From Octopus bimaculoides (lineage: Eukaryota): 64,000 nucleotides of DNA. The first letter of the stretch is position 1, and each line of letters begins with the position of its first letter. Below the pieces are notes generated by a model. The model had not been told where the DNA came from, did not search any database, and saw nothing but the letters and a program-made list of their open reading frames with translations. The stretch lies in the NCBI RefSeq assembly GCF_001194135.2, contig NC_068981.1, forward strand, positions 124,667,953 through 124,731,952, given 5' to 3'. A program made the position numbers and the translations under genes. This document shows positions 24,621 to 37,349 of the stretch, one piece after another.

Positions 24621-27201
24621 NNNNNNNNNNNNNNNNNNNNNNNNNNNNNNNNNNNNNNNNNNNNNNNNNNNNNNNNNNNNNNNNNNNNNNNNNNNNNNNN
24701 NNNNNNNNNNNNNNNNNNNNNNNNNNNNNNNNNNNNNNNNNNNNNNNNNNNNNNNNNNNNNNNNNNNNNNNNNNNNNNNNNNNNNNNNNNNNNNNNNNNN
24801 NNNNNNNNNNNNNNNNNNNNNNNNNNNNNNNNNNNNNNNNNNNNNNNNNNNNNNNNNNNNNNNNNNNNNNNNNNNNNNNNNNNNNNNNNNNNNNNNNNNN
24901 NNNNNNNNNNNNNNNNNNNNNNNNNNNNNNNNNNNNNNNNNNNNNNNNNNNNNNNNNNNNNNNNNNNNNNNNNNNNNNNNNNNNNNNNNNNNNNNNNNNN
25001 NNNNNNNNNNNNNNNNNNNNNNNNNNNNNNNNNNNNNNNNNNNNNNNNNNNNNNNNNNNNNNNNNNNNNNNNNNNNNNNNNNNNNNNNNNNNNNNNNNNN
25101 NNNNNNNNNNNNNNNNNNNNNNNNNNNNNNNNNNNNNNNNNNNNNNNNNNNNNNNNNNNNNNNNNNNNNNNNNNNNNNNNNNNNNNNNNNNNNNNNNNNN
25201 NNNNNNNNNNNNNNNNNNNNNNNNNNNNNNNNNNNNNNNNNNNNNNNNNNNNNNNNNNNNNNNNNNNNNNNNNNNNNNNNNNNNNNNNNNNNNNNNNNNN
25301 NNNNNNNNNNCCTGGTGTTGCCATCCGGTTTCACCAGTCCTCAGTCAAATCGTCCAACCCATGCTAGCATGGAAAGCGGACGTTAAACGATGATGATGAT
25401 GATGATGGTACTTGGAAACTGTTACGAAAATTAAAATGGGGATTAAATGAAAGAAATGATTTACGTGAATATCCTCACAAGAGTAATTGAAATAAATGGC
25501 GATTGTGGAACCCCCCACGCACGCACACACACACAGTATTACACATCAGATGAAATGGACGTGTGTGTGACAGAGAGAGAGGTTTGTTGTCATGTATACG
25601 TACATGCATAAATATGCATACATCTTTTTGTGTGTGTGCGTGTGTGAGAGAGAGAGAGTAAATACTACATACACACCGCTCTCACTGTCTCACACACACA
25701 CTCACACATACATCCAAAAATGATGGATGCATGACAACACACCCCTTGACTCACTCACACTCTGTCTGTTACAAACACACACTTACATAAATGTATACAA
25801 ACATATTTACAAAGACACACGTGTGTATGCGCGCACGCAATACCGGAAGTTGACATTACATCACAAGTATGTAAGCCGTTGTTACGTCAATACCGGAAGT
25901 TGACATTGAGGAACCTTTTTAAAGAAGTGAATCATAAATATAAAGCAATATTATTTATTTTTAATTAAAAAAATCAAATGAAGAGCCTAAGATTTATCCG
26001 AGGTCAAATTATTCATGCATCACAAGTCTGGAAGTAAATAGTGAAGCCGTTTTCACGTGATAAGCGATTACACACACATCTCTGTTTTATATACAGTATA
26101 TATATATATATATATATATGAAGAGAGGGAGGCGCGTGTGTGCAAAAATTTGTGTATGCGAGTTTGATATGGAAATTTTTCACTGAATATCTGAATGTTT
26201 CTCTTTATTTGATGTAGATCATAATGAGTATATACATCTTTGTCTTTCAATCGAGTAACACCAGCACCTTGAAGCGTTTTGGGCAAACAAATTGACCCCA
26301 ATAGTAATTCTTAAGCCTGCTACCTACTCTACCGGTCTATTTTGCCGAACCGCTAAGTTACAGGAAGAAACCAACACCTGTTATCAAACGGTAGTAAAGA
26401 ACAAACACAGATACAGACATGCATACATATGCACGTACGCACGCTATTCTTTTTGTTACATATTTGTCTTGGGTAATTGTCGATCACCACCGCTGTTAGA
26501 TTTTCCTGTAATTCAAGATTCCTAGAAGCCATCAAATGAAACTGAAGGCACTAGTGCAAAAAAGGACCGCAAAAAACTTGATGCGAAAGACAAAATCACC
26601 CACATTACCAAAACATTAATCCCTGCAACATCTACAGCATAAAAGTAAAGACCCCCTTCGGTCACAAATGACCATGGGATTGCACCTAGAAAGTTACCCT
26701 CCTAGGCACATATCCGGAGAAGGTTGTTTTGTGGAAGACCAGCAGTTGCCCATGCATACCAGTCTCTCCTCTCAACACCAGCGATGTTATCCAAGGGAAA
26801 GGAAAAGACCGACACAGCTTAGCACAAGTGACGTCGCAACTCATTTCTACAAATGAGTGAACTGGAGCAACGTGAAAAAAAAAGTGTCTTGCTCAAGAAC
26901 ACAACACACAGCCCAGTCGAACTCAACCTGAAGATCGTAAACTCGACGCTCTAACCACTGAGCCATGCGCCTTCGCACAGAGTGAATAATACATAAAAAA
27001 AAATAAAGAGAAACTCAAGTTCTAAAGAAGTGACTCAGTCACTTGCTCGAACCTTATTTTTCATAGATTTAATGTGATGCATTGTGCCGATAAAGCATGA
27101 TGGTAATTAACAAAATAACAAAAAAAAAAGCCAAAAGTTTGCAAGACGATTTGCAGGAAAATGATGGTGAAACATTGAATAAAACACCATTTGGGCCAGT
27201 A

Positions 27202-27365
27202 CGAGTGGTGCTGAAAAGTTCCTGGTTTTGGGTAAAAGAAAATACGGGAGGATCAAGTAATTATGATTTTATTCAACATACTCCTCTCACAGGTTCACAC
27301 TATTGCAGCGGTCCTTCAGTTTTTCTAAGCTCTGTAAAAGAACTCGGGAGGTTGGTCCATATACT
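27202..27365 (-). mobile_element. mariner-like transposon 3' end
   Basis: TA|CGAGTGGTGCTGAAAAGTTCC terminus; frameshifted DQPPEFF / LEKLKDRCN..V.L.GEYVE* mariner C-terminus. Confidence 0.65.
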
Positions 27366-28169
27366 TCTTTTCGGCAAAGTTTAATTTGCCTATACAGATA
27401 AGGTATGGATGAATAAAAACATTTCAAAGAGGGATTTACATGTCTTTTTCTCCAAATATAATTACAATAAAACAACACTCTTTTTAGACAATGCATCAAG
27501 CTACTTAATGAACTTAAATGAGTTTTCTTATAACTTGAGAGTAGAATATATCCTTAATTTCTTCGCTCCAGCCAGTGAATTGAAGTGAGATAGCTAACTT
27601 CAAAGCATATCGAAAACTTTCAACAACTAATGAACGTTATTGACAAGGAGGTTAAACCAGATTAGCAACTTCTGGATTAACTTCAAGATAATAGATGCTG
27701 CTGATAACGGAGTCATGGGATGAAGTGGAGCCCTCCTCAAGCAGAAAGTCTACACCAAATTCGGAAATATATTGTAATGATGAACGGATTGAAGACGTCA
27801 GAAAATAGTGTGGTTCAGTTTATTTGTGCTTCATAAAGTTAATCCAGTGAGGAGTTAATGCTGTTAGAACAAGCTGAGAATACAGAAATTGCACTAACTC
27901 CATTTAAATTTACTTCAAAGAAAATCGTTAGAGTTGTGATACATAGATCTGCAAGATTTTGCTAACAACTCTAATCGAGATCAGAAAATTTACAAGGAGT
28001 CCAATTCCTACACTGAGCTATACAGAGATGATACGCCTGCCCTTGTTATCGGTATCGACGATGACACAGTAATCAACATCTTTTGTGGTAAGAATGTATT
28101 ATACTATTCTTCTTCTTCATTCTTTAGTATTTTTCACTTCGAATATTTTACATATATATCTCAAATTGT

Positions 28170-29895
28170 TGGATCAGGTAATGAAAGTCACGGAGAGGGT
28201 CATAGCCCAACTAATTAGGAAGAGAGTTAGTTTAGATGAGATGCAGTTTTGGTTTGTGCCAAGGAGAAGCACCATTGATGCTATATTTCTGGTAAGACAA
28301 CTGCAGGAGAAATTCCTAGCCAAAGATAAACCTGTGTACTTGGTTTTTGTTGACATGGAGAAAGCCTTCGACAGGGTGCCCCGATTCCTTATCTGGTGGT
28401 CAATGAGGAAACTAGGGATAGATGAGTGGTTGGTGAGAGCTGCACAAGCCATATACAGGGATGCTGTCAGTAAGGTGATGGCTAGCAATGAGTATAGTGA
28501 AGAATTCCAGGTAGAAGTAAGGGTTCACCAAGGATCAGTCCTCAGCCTCCTCTTATTCATCAGAGTCCTTCAGGCAATAGCAAGAGAATTCAAGACAGGC
28601 TGCCCTGGGAGCTCCTCTATGCTGATGATCTTGTTCTAATAGCTGAGTCACTACCAGAACTAGAGAAGATTTTCAGATGTGGAAGCAAGGTCTAGAATCG
28701 AAGGACCTTAGAGTCAACCTAGCAAAAACCAAACTTAGTAAGTAGGAAGGCAGACAAATCACATATCTCTTTAGGTACATGGCCCTGCTCGATCTGAAGA
28801 AAAAGCGTAGGTAGAAACTCCATAAGATTACCCTGTGTAAGGTATGGACACATAGGAGGTGCAGCAATATCAAAGAAAAGTTAACTGGTAAGATAGTTTT
28901 TGTGAGTGGCAGATGCACAGGTGCAATAAACACCGAAGATGTACAGAAAACAGATTCCATCACATGTCAGGGTAAGAAACTAGGATTAGTTGATAGCTTC
29001 CGTTACCTAGGTGACCAAGTCAGTAGCGGGAGTGGATGCTCTGATAGCATAGCTGCTAGAATAACAATAGCCTAGACAAAGTTCGGAGAGCTCCTACCTC
29101 TGCTAGTAACAAAGGGTCTCTCACTCAGAGTGAAACAGACTATATGATGAATGAGTGCAAACAGCCATGCTACACGGCAGTGAATCATGGGTTGTAACTG
29201 CTGAAGAAATGCGGGGGCTTGAAAGAAATGAAGCTAGTATTCTCCGCTGAGTGTGCATACACGACAGAGTGTACGCGTCCTGACAGAAAAGTTGGACATA
29301 AGAAGCATCAAATGTTGTGTGCAAGAGAGACGACTGCGCTGGTATGGCCATGTGTTACATATGGATGAGGACAGCTGCGTGAAGAAGTGTTACACCCTAA
29401 CAGTGGAGGGAATCTGTGAAAGAGGTAGACTCAGGAAGACATAGGACGAGGTAGTGAAGCATGGCTTTTGAACGTTGGGCCTCACAGAGGCAATGACAAG
29501 CGATCGAGACCTTTGGAGATTTGCTGTGCTTGAGAAGACCCGACAAGCCAAGTGAGATCGTAGCTGTGGCCGATGCCAGTGTCGCATAACCGGCCCATTT
29601 AAAAGCACCCTTCAATCGGCGGGCAATATGCCGTGCTTGTGAAGACCTGTTGAACCAAGTGAAATCGTAGTCGTGGCCGATGCCAGTGCCACCTGAATGG
29701 CACCCTTCCGGTGGCATGTAAAAAGCACCCAATACACTCTCGGAGTGGTTGGCGTTAGGAAGGGCATCCAGTTGTAGAAATTTTGCCAAATCAGATTGGA
29801 GCCTGGTGCAACCTCCCGGCCTACCAGTCCTCAGTCAAACCGTCCAACCCATGCCAGCATGGAAAGCGGACGTTAAACGATGATGATGATCATCA
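28170..29895 (+). mobile_element. 5'-truncated RTE LINE (second family) with complete 3'UTR and (ATG)n tail
   Basis: STIDAIFLVRQLQEK...FVDMEKAFDRVPR; HQGSVLS.LLF; LYADDL (about 28615); FRYLG; ERRLRWYGHV; ends GGAAAGCGGACGTTAAACGATGATGAT. Confidence 0.92.
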
Positions 29896-30139
29896 TGATC
29901 ATGATATATATATATAGTACTGAGTATGTTTAGAAGCTGTTATTTTCGTGTATAAAAGCTGCTTGCTTTTGTAGTTGTTAAAAAAATCCATAGCCGCGCA
30001 TTATCATGTAACACACAAAAACCAATGGAAAAATTTATTTCACGTTATGGCAGATTTTTCTGAAACGCATTGCTTCTGTAATAACAGGGAGTTCCTGTAA
30101 CATTCAACATTTTAAATTTATAAAACAGTAACATTTATT

Positions 30140-30225
30140 ACTATTCAGGTCACTGCCTGGAATCGAACTTGGAATCTTGGGGTTAGTAGCCCACGCTCTT
30201 AACCACTACACCATATGCCCGTGGC
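30140..30225 (-). mobile_element. Short tRNA-like SINE (not a functional tRNA)
   Basis: A and B boxes present (TGGTGTAGTGG, AGTTCGATTCC), but the acceptor stem does not pair and an AAT-rich tail follows. Confidence 0.65.
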
Positions 30226-32817
30226 ATATTTACATGCAAAGTTGATTTGAATTCAGTATAACAACAACAATTGTTATTCTTAGTGACACTACAGCTCGCT
30301 GTAGTGAACCATGATTACACTATTGGTACTCATAACTAACTGGACTGTATTGTCTGGCATCACATTGACTTGGTTGTGTAACAACCTCTCTAAAAAGTAA
30401 TATAAAAATATAAATATAAACAAATATTTGTTTTTTATAAGTGCCGATATGTGTATTGTAAGATACAAATAAGATGATAATTTATTTTCGAATGCAGATA
30501 CATCGTTAGAACAGCAGAAATATTGGGTGTTCAAAGGATGTGGGTTCGAGTGTTTTATGGCTGTTTGTTGACAGATTTTTCTTTGTAATTTACCCAATAA
30601 TTTAATCTATATTCGAAAATAAATTATCACCTTATTTGTATCTTACGATTTTAAAATGTTGAGATAATTAGGGTTGGACTATTAATGATCTTTCGTATTT
30701 TCTAACCCCATTTTCCTATTATGATATTTTCTTGCCATCATATTTTACAATTCATTCAATGCTCTGAACTTCTTATGCCAGAGTCACTAGACTTATGAGT
30801 TCAATCTTCATTGAAATTTAAGTTTTAAGTTGGAAGTGAAACTGAAAGGAGAAAAATGGGTGAGGGAGGGGGCTGAATGTAAATCGCTAAAAATATTTCA
30901 GTGTTTCCATGTTCCTGAATGAAGGTTCACATTAAAATTTTAATTTCGGATTCTTTCCACAAACATATTTATAGCTATATTCTAAAAAAACAGTTTAATC
31001 CTTTGCTTGTCCTGTGTATCACATGTGATTCACAGGACACTTTCCCTGGCATCTATATATCACATACTCCAGTTTTTTTCCAACTACCAGAGTAACTTGG
31101 AACTAATGAAAGGAAAGCTTTATATCACTCAAAACATATGGAATAAGTGATAACCATAAAGTCTGAAAGAAAACACAAACATTTGAGATAAACTTATGAA
31201 ATTGCTTTTGAACAAGCAAAAATTTTATCAATCTGAAAAAAATTAAATCACAAAACTGAATCAGAAACGTTGTAAACAGTGAAACCAAGAAACACATGGC
31301 AATATGGAAATAACAAGTATTATGATGTTAATGACAATGATGAAAATAAGTACACAAAAAATATAATCCATGTATATTTTGCTTTCTTTTTTTTTTAATC
31401 AGTAGTTTTATTTTGTTCAAAGCAGGTTTGCTTTCCATAAGAATTATCATCTACATCTTCCTTTAGTTTTGGCAAAGTTTCCAAGAGAGCAACTGTGTAT
31501 TACTCTCCACATTATCATTATATATATAGAGGCCATTCTAGTATACAAATGGGAGAAAGAAAACAAAAGTATTTAATACATAAAGTAGAAAGTTTGTTTC
31601 TTCATTTGAATTTAAAGCTTCATGTTGTCATTACTCTGAGTTTCCCTCAAAGAGTATGAGAAAACCAGAGCTAGAACAATGCAAAACTTTGGCATTGAAT
31701 AACAGATTGAGACATTGTTAGCACCAGATATTAATGTGATGCATGGCAAAATTAGCAAGGGATATAGTAATGTGACTGAATATGTTTTCTAAAATCGTGA
31801 CTTTCTTGATTAGATATATAACAGAAACAAACAGCTTCAGATAGCAAATTTCATTTCAGCTTTCCTCTTTTCTTTTGGTGATTTTTTAATTTTTAATTTT
31901 ATATTTCATTTTTATTTTCCATATTTCTTTTCTTTCCTTTTCTTTTTAGAAATTAAAAATTACTTTATAATACGTATGTCATTTGTAAGTAGTGTGTCTG
32001 TGTTTGTTTATTAGAGGGTAGTTTTTCAGTGAATCATAGATATTATTACAGTCTTAAAAAAGATACAATGGCTTAACACAGAAATACCTTGACACAGTGA
32101 AACTGGTTTTTAGTACAAAAACAAATTGGTGACTCAGAATAATAAGTACCATTACTGCTTTAAAAATTAAATATAAAAATCAGAGCATGTATCTAGACAT
32201 ACCTAGTTAAGTGTATATAATCTAAACTATGAAAAGTGTATAGCTAACAACACCCTTGTCTCTTCAAATTCAGTTTCACATACTCTTTTGCTGAACATCT
32301 ATTACCTAAACTTAAAATGCTGGGATTGGTGATTGTATTTTAACAATATTAACAAAATTAATAGAAATTAAATGCTTGGGTCAAATATAATTAAGGATTA
32401 CAAAGAAAAAACAAAGAGGAGTGTGAAAGTAAACATGCTAGATGAGAATCAAACTTCTAAATTGTTTGAGAAAAAGGAAGAAGTAACCAGACCAAACTAA
32501 TGTTACATTGTACCATTCGACAAGATGTTTGTATGTGTGTGATATACATAAGTTTTCTCATGACAGACTGGTTGTATTAGTTGAAGCAATTAGTTCTAAC
32601 AGATGGATGCTCTTCTTACAGTCATACACTACCACTATATGGTCTGGGTACCACCACAATCAAACATTCACTGTGGATATCATTACAGTTGTTATACATA
32701 GTACTCCCAGTCACACAAATACCTTTAGTGGCCTTGCAATCATCATAGGAACTGCCAAAGTTACAATTCACTCTCTTTGCTACAGCTTATGTATATGTGT
32801 GTGTGTGTGTATGTGTA

Positions 32818-32860
<43 letters not shown>

Positions 32861-34554
32861 TGTAAATTCGTTTTGACCAGGAACATCAAATTTCACTTGA
32901 ATGCTTATGCAACCAGTCAGATGAAAATTTAAAGAGATCTACTCAAGATGAATTTTATAAATTTGACTCTACTTTCAGTATTGAGTCCCCCATCAGTAAA
33001 TGTTCAATTGTTGTTCTTAAATCTTCTTTAAAATAAGGACTCGAACACACTGTGTAAATGCCATGCACATGTGTGTGTGTAATAGACACACTCACATATA
33101 CATCCACACATGCACATAGTGTAGTACAAACAGGCAAAAGTATTCAATAGAAATCTACATTAGGAGTGTGTCCAGTCTTGTATATGTAAATTTGAGATAA
33201 ACAGATTACATACTCCTAGCTGTAGCGATATTTGATCAACTGATTATACTCATCGGTGGGATTGAAACTAATGAAACGACTCTAAGCAGTGTAGATTGTC
33301 GTTGTCTATCATGTACAGAGAGAGAAAAGAAGAAGACATTAAAAACACCCAAGGAAGAATTTGAGTATGAATCAGGAAGATAAATTTACTTCACTCTTTT
33401 CAATTAAGTTTTTTTCTTTTTAAGGTTTTTATTCAACTAATTTTGACTAGACAACACATGGGGCTCCTTCAAAAGATATCTGAAATAAGGTTACTTGACA
33501 GGATACATAAAACAGAGATTAGGGAGTCTCTCACAGGTCAGGTCACATCTCTGCAATAGATAGTATCCATGGTTTCAGTTGGTCATGCATGGTAATCCAG
33601 CCAGAAAATCTAATGACAGTCACTTCTGATAGGACCCTGTGGAGGAGGTGCCTGAAGACTTTACTCTCAAAACCCTCCTAGGAATACCTGGTGCAGAAGA
33701 TGGAACACACAACCAAATTCTTCTTCCTTGAGAATTTTAAATAAACCACCACCACTGCACTCACCCTGCAGCATTTATAACAAACAAGCAAACAAACAAT
33801 TATCAGTCAACACTGTTTAATGTAATTTCATTAATTTCAATCTTGCAAACGTGTATGTTTTATTAACCAATTAAGCTGTGATTTGGGCTGTGTAATCTGT
33901 TTGTCTCATGCAGTACACACACGCATGCACACATACACACATTATGTGAATGAAAATGCCTATGAATGGATTTGCTCACTTGCATGCAGTGCTTGCTTCT
34001 CATTACTTCATTTCAATCTATGTAACAGTTTCTTTTCTGCCTGGAATCAATGGTAATAAGTTAGCTCTTTCCTCAAAATTGCAGGCCATATGTCTAAATT
34101 ATTATTATTATTATTATTAGGAGCAGCAACAGCAGTAGTAGTAGTAGTAGTAGTAGTTTTCTAAGCATCAAACACAAACACACATTGTCCCAACTGCAGA
34201 ACTTATTTAACTAGGTAGCTACAATATTTAACTTCCAGCTTTGGCCATTATCATCATCATCATCATTGACATCATATTAACAGACCAATTAAATATGGCT
34301 TACATAATAAGTCATTGTACTATAATTATCATTTCTTTATTATAATCATCATCAAAATTGTTATTAATCATCATTTTTTCATAATCATCATCATCATTAT
34401 TTTTCCATATTATTGCTGTTTTTGATAATGTTACAGTTATTTGCTTTAAACTTGAAGTTTTATTATTTTTTAAATTATTAAATTTATTCCAGTCTCATAT
34501 CTGTATTAAAGTTGTGTGTGTGTGTATATATATGAGTGCTTGTGCATGTCTCAA

Positions 34555-34601
<47 letters not shown>

Positions 34602-34828
34602 CATGTGTGTATGAGTGTTTGTGTACGTGTCTCAAGTGTGTGTGTGTGTGTGTGTTTGTACACATATCTGTTGTGCTTTAAAAATCTAAATTTATTCAAT
34701 ACAATAACACCAACCTCCCTATCCCCGCCCCAAACCCAATCTCTTTGTTTCTTTCTCCCTTATATAGTTAGAGAATAATTTTTAAGTTAAAACAGATTAT
34801 CACAGAATTCCTAAATCAGAAGCCAGGG

Positions 34829-34927
34829 TTAGAGGGAGCTGTTGCCCGCTAAGTCGTTTATTGTCAATTGCGCAAATCCTACCAGGGATTTATCATCAGG
34901 TGCTTCAGTGGGTCCGAATCCGGAATT
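34829..34927 (-). CDS. OXSR1: SPAK/OSR1 kinase last coding exon (NSGFGPTEAPDDKSLVGFAQLTINDLAGNSSL*)
   Basis: CTTCTTTGTCTTTGTAG acceptor, phase 0, stop TAA at 34831-34829. Matches OSR1 ASGVEGSDIPDDGKLIGFAQLSIS. Invertebrates typically carry one SPAK/OSR1 (fray) gene, so the symbol is approximate. Confidence 0.95.
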   Translation of the reverse strand, partial: NSGFGPTEAPDDKSLVGFAQLTINDLAGNSSL

Positions 34928-35084
34928 CTACAAAGACAAAGAAGGAAAGAAAAAAAACATATAGAAGTACAAACAATTAGTAACAGATAGACAGCTGAAG
35001 CACTTGCATACAAGAATTTCTCATAATATAGATATACAAACGTAGACTATTAAATACATACAGAAACATACACACACTCATACA

Positions 35085-35280
35085 TCATCATCATCATCAT
35101 CATCGTTTAACATCCGCTTTCCATGCTAGCATGGGTTGGACGATTTGACTGAGGACTGGTGAAACCAGATGGCTACACCAGGCTCGAATCTGATTTGGCA
35201 GAGTTTCTACAGCTGGATGCCCTTCCTAATGCCAACCACTCAGAGAGTGTAGTGGGTGCTTTTACGTGTCACCGGCACAT
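35085..35280 (-). mobile_element. Short RTE-3'UTR-derived elements. Other copies at about 25311-25405(+), 41700-41880(-), 43978-44130(-), 45505-45660(-), 49700-49915(-).
   Basis: Homologous to the last 200 bp of the 28170-29895 LINE (CTGGATGCCCTTCCTAATGCCAACC motif), with (CAT/ATG)n tails. Confidence 0.85.
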
Positions 35281-35581
35281 ATATATATATATATATATGC
35301 ACATGTAAGTGTGTGTGCATGAACATACATGTATATATGTGATATATACACATATGTCTGCATGTGTATATGTAAATATATGTGTGAAACTGAGAGAGAG
35401 AGAGAGAGAGAAATTGTGATAAACATAAGGTTATATTATCTGTTTTCCACATATATTTCATGATTTTGGCTATCTGCAACCTCTGCAAGCTTAACAACAA
35501 CCAACAGTCAATGTCCATGTTCCATGCTAGCATGGGTGGGGGACACACACACACGCACACACATATATAGATGTGTATGTG

Positions 35582-35704
<123 letters not shown>

Positions 35705-35740
35705 CAGGTCTGTACATGAAAATTTCAGAATGCATCTTAC

Positions 35741-35805
35741 CAAAGCAAAAGTAATGTTTTTATTTTCAGTCGGGTTATCCAACACTTTCTGCAAATTAGC
35801 AGCAA
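35741..35805 (-). CDS. OXSR1: SPAK/OSR1 kinase exon ([21 protein letters not shown])
   Basis: CTCCTCTATTTCCAG acceptor, TG|GTAAGA donor, 65 nt, phase 1 to 0. Matches OSR1 AANLQKIVEEPQSNRSVTFKL. Confidence 0.95.
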
Positions 35806-36685
35806 CTGGAAATAGAGGAGCAAATTAATATTATTATTTATTTGTATCGTATTGTCCTGAATTCTATTACGCTGTAGAAATTATGATTGTTCAACTAGAG
35901 TCCAAGAACGAAAGAGAGAAAAGAATTCTCACATTTTAAAACAAATAAATCTTAGATTATGTAAAGTTTAAAAGTTTGGATAAGTTTGAAAGCATGGGAA
36001 AAGTGGAATCTGTCATTTCAAGACTGACTCAAGACTAACTCAGCATCTTTGAAAAAAAAAAAAATAGAAAAATGATTTATGAAGGGTTAGTCCCTACACT
36101 AAAAAACATCAGTTTCATCTTTTCCCCATCACCAGTTAACTTATCCTGGATAGGACTTTAAACTGCATCAGGGAGTGGGATCCTTGCTAAAGATATCCAG
36201 GGTCTGATGGGTGCAGTACCATCTCTTAGCCACGATTGTCCCCAGGTTTATTCTGACTCAAAATAGTAGCACCTGTCAAGGTCCAAGCTATAGGTTTAAA
36301 TAGCATCTAACCACCCAAGCCAAGGTGCATCAAAATTACAAAATGCAGCAAAGTGGATGTGGACTATTTCAGCAAATGAACTTCTTGAGTCAAAGGCAAA
36401 CATTACCAGATGTTGAAAAGATAAACAGATAACAAACTGTCAACAACCAGGATCAACCAGTTCAGTTAGCAAACTATTACTATCACCTGCAGTCATTGCT
36501 TGCACAGGTAAGATACTTTAGCTAATGAAAGACCTATGTGACTAAAACATAAGCCAAACATCCAAGCAACATCATTCAACCAGGACATCTAGTATAGAAG
36601 AGTTGCATTGGTCTGGTCAAGTCATAAGTGATGATGATGCTGAACTCATCAAAACTCATGAACTTCACTGAATAATGTTTGCTAG

Positions 36686-37063
36686 TGGAGGCGTAATGGC
36701 CCAGTGGTTAGGGCAGCGGACTCGCGGTCATAGCATCACGGTTTTGATTCCCAGACCGGGCGTTGTGAGTGTTTATTGAGCGAAAACACCTAAAGCTCCA
36801 CGAGGTTCCGGCAGGGGATGGTGGTGAACCCTGCTGTACTCTTCCACAACTTTCTCTCACTCTTACTTCCTGTTTCTGTTGTGCCTGTAATTCAAAGGGT
36901 CAGCCTTGTCACACTGTGTCAAGCTGAATATCCCCGAGAACTACGTTAAGGGTACACGTGTCTGTGGAGTGCTCAGCCACTTGCACATTAATTTCACGAG
37001 CAGGCTGTTCCGTTGATCGGATCAACTGGAACCCTCGACATCGTAAGTGACAGAATGCCAACA
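36686..37063 (+). mobile_element. tRNA-derived SINE family A
   Basis: 12-bp TSD AATGTTTGCTAG (36674-36685, 37064-37075). Confidence 0.9.
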
Positions 37064-37349
37064 AATGTTTGCTAGCACACACCAGTACCATTTCCTTTGG
37101 ACTCTGTCTATATATGTCACATCTTTAAAAAGACTTTTTGTGTTGAGCTGCTACCTAAAATTAATGTAAAGAAGGCAAACCTTTCTGTTCAAATTATTTG
37201 TAGAGTACTAAGACAACATGGGTAGTGAATAAATTACACACACACGCTAATAGCTTAGGAGTGAAATTTAGGATTTCTTGGGTTTCCTCCTGAATTGATT
37301 TTGATAAAACCTTTCCCACTGGTTTGTACCCTATGACAACAGCATTGTT

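Noticed and set aside
27560-28080. Possible I/Nimb-type LINE ORF1 fragment
   Set aside because: One weak motif (IVRVVIHRS/DLQDF) with several stops; not enough to call.
30140-30225. Possible tRNA-Ser gene
   Set aside because: The acceptor stem does not pair, an ACT anticodon is atypical, and an AAT-rich tail follows; classed as a SINE.
31103-33305. Minus-strand exon-like segments at 31162 and 33214-33305
   Set aside because: They lie downstream of the identified kinase stop codon and have stops in all frames.
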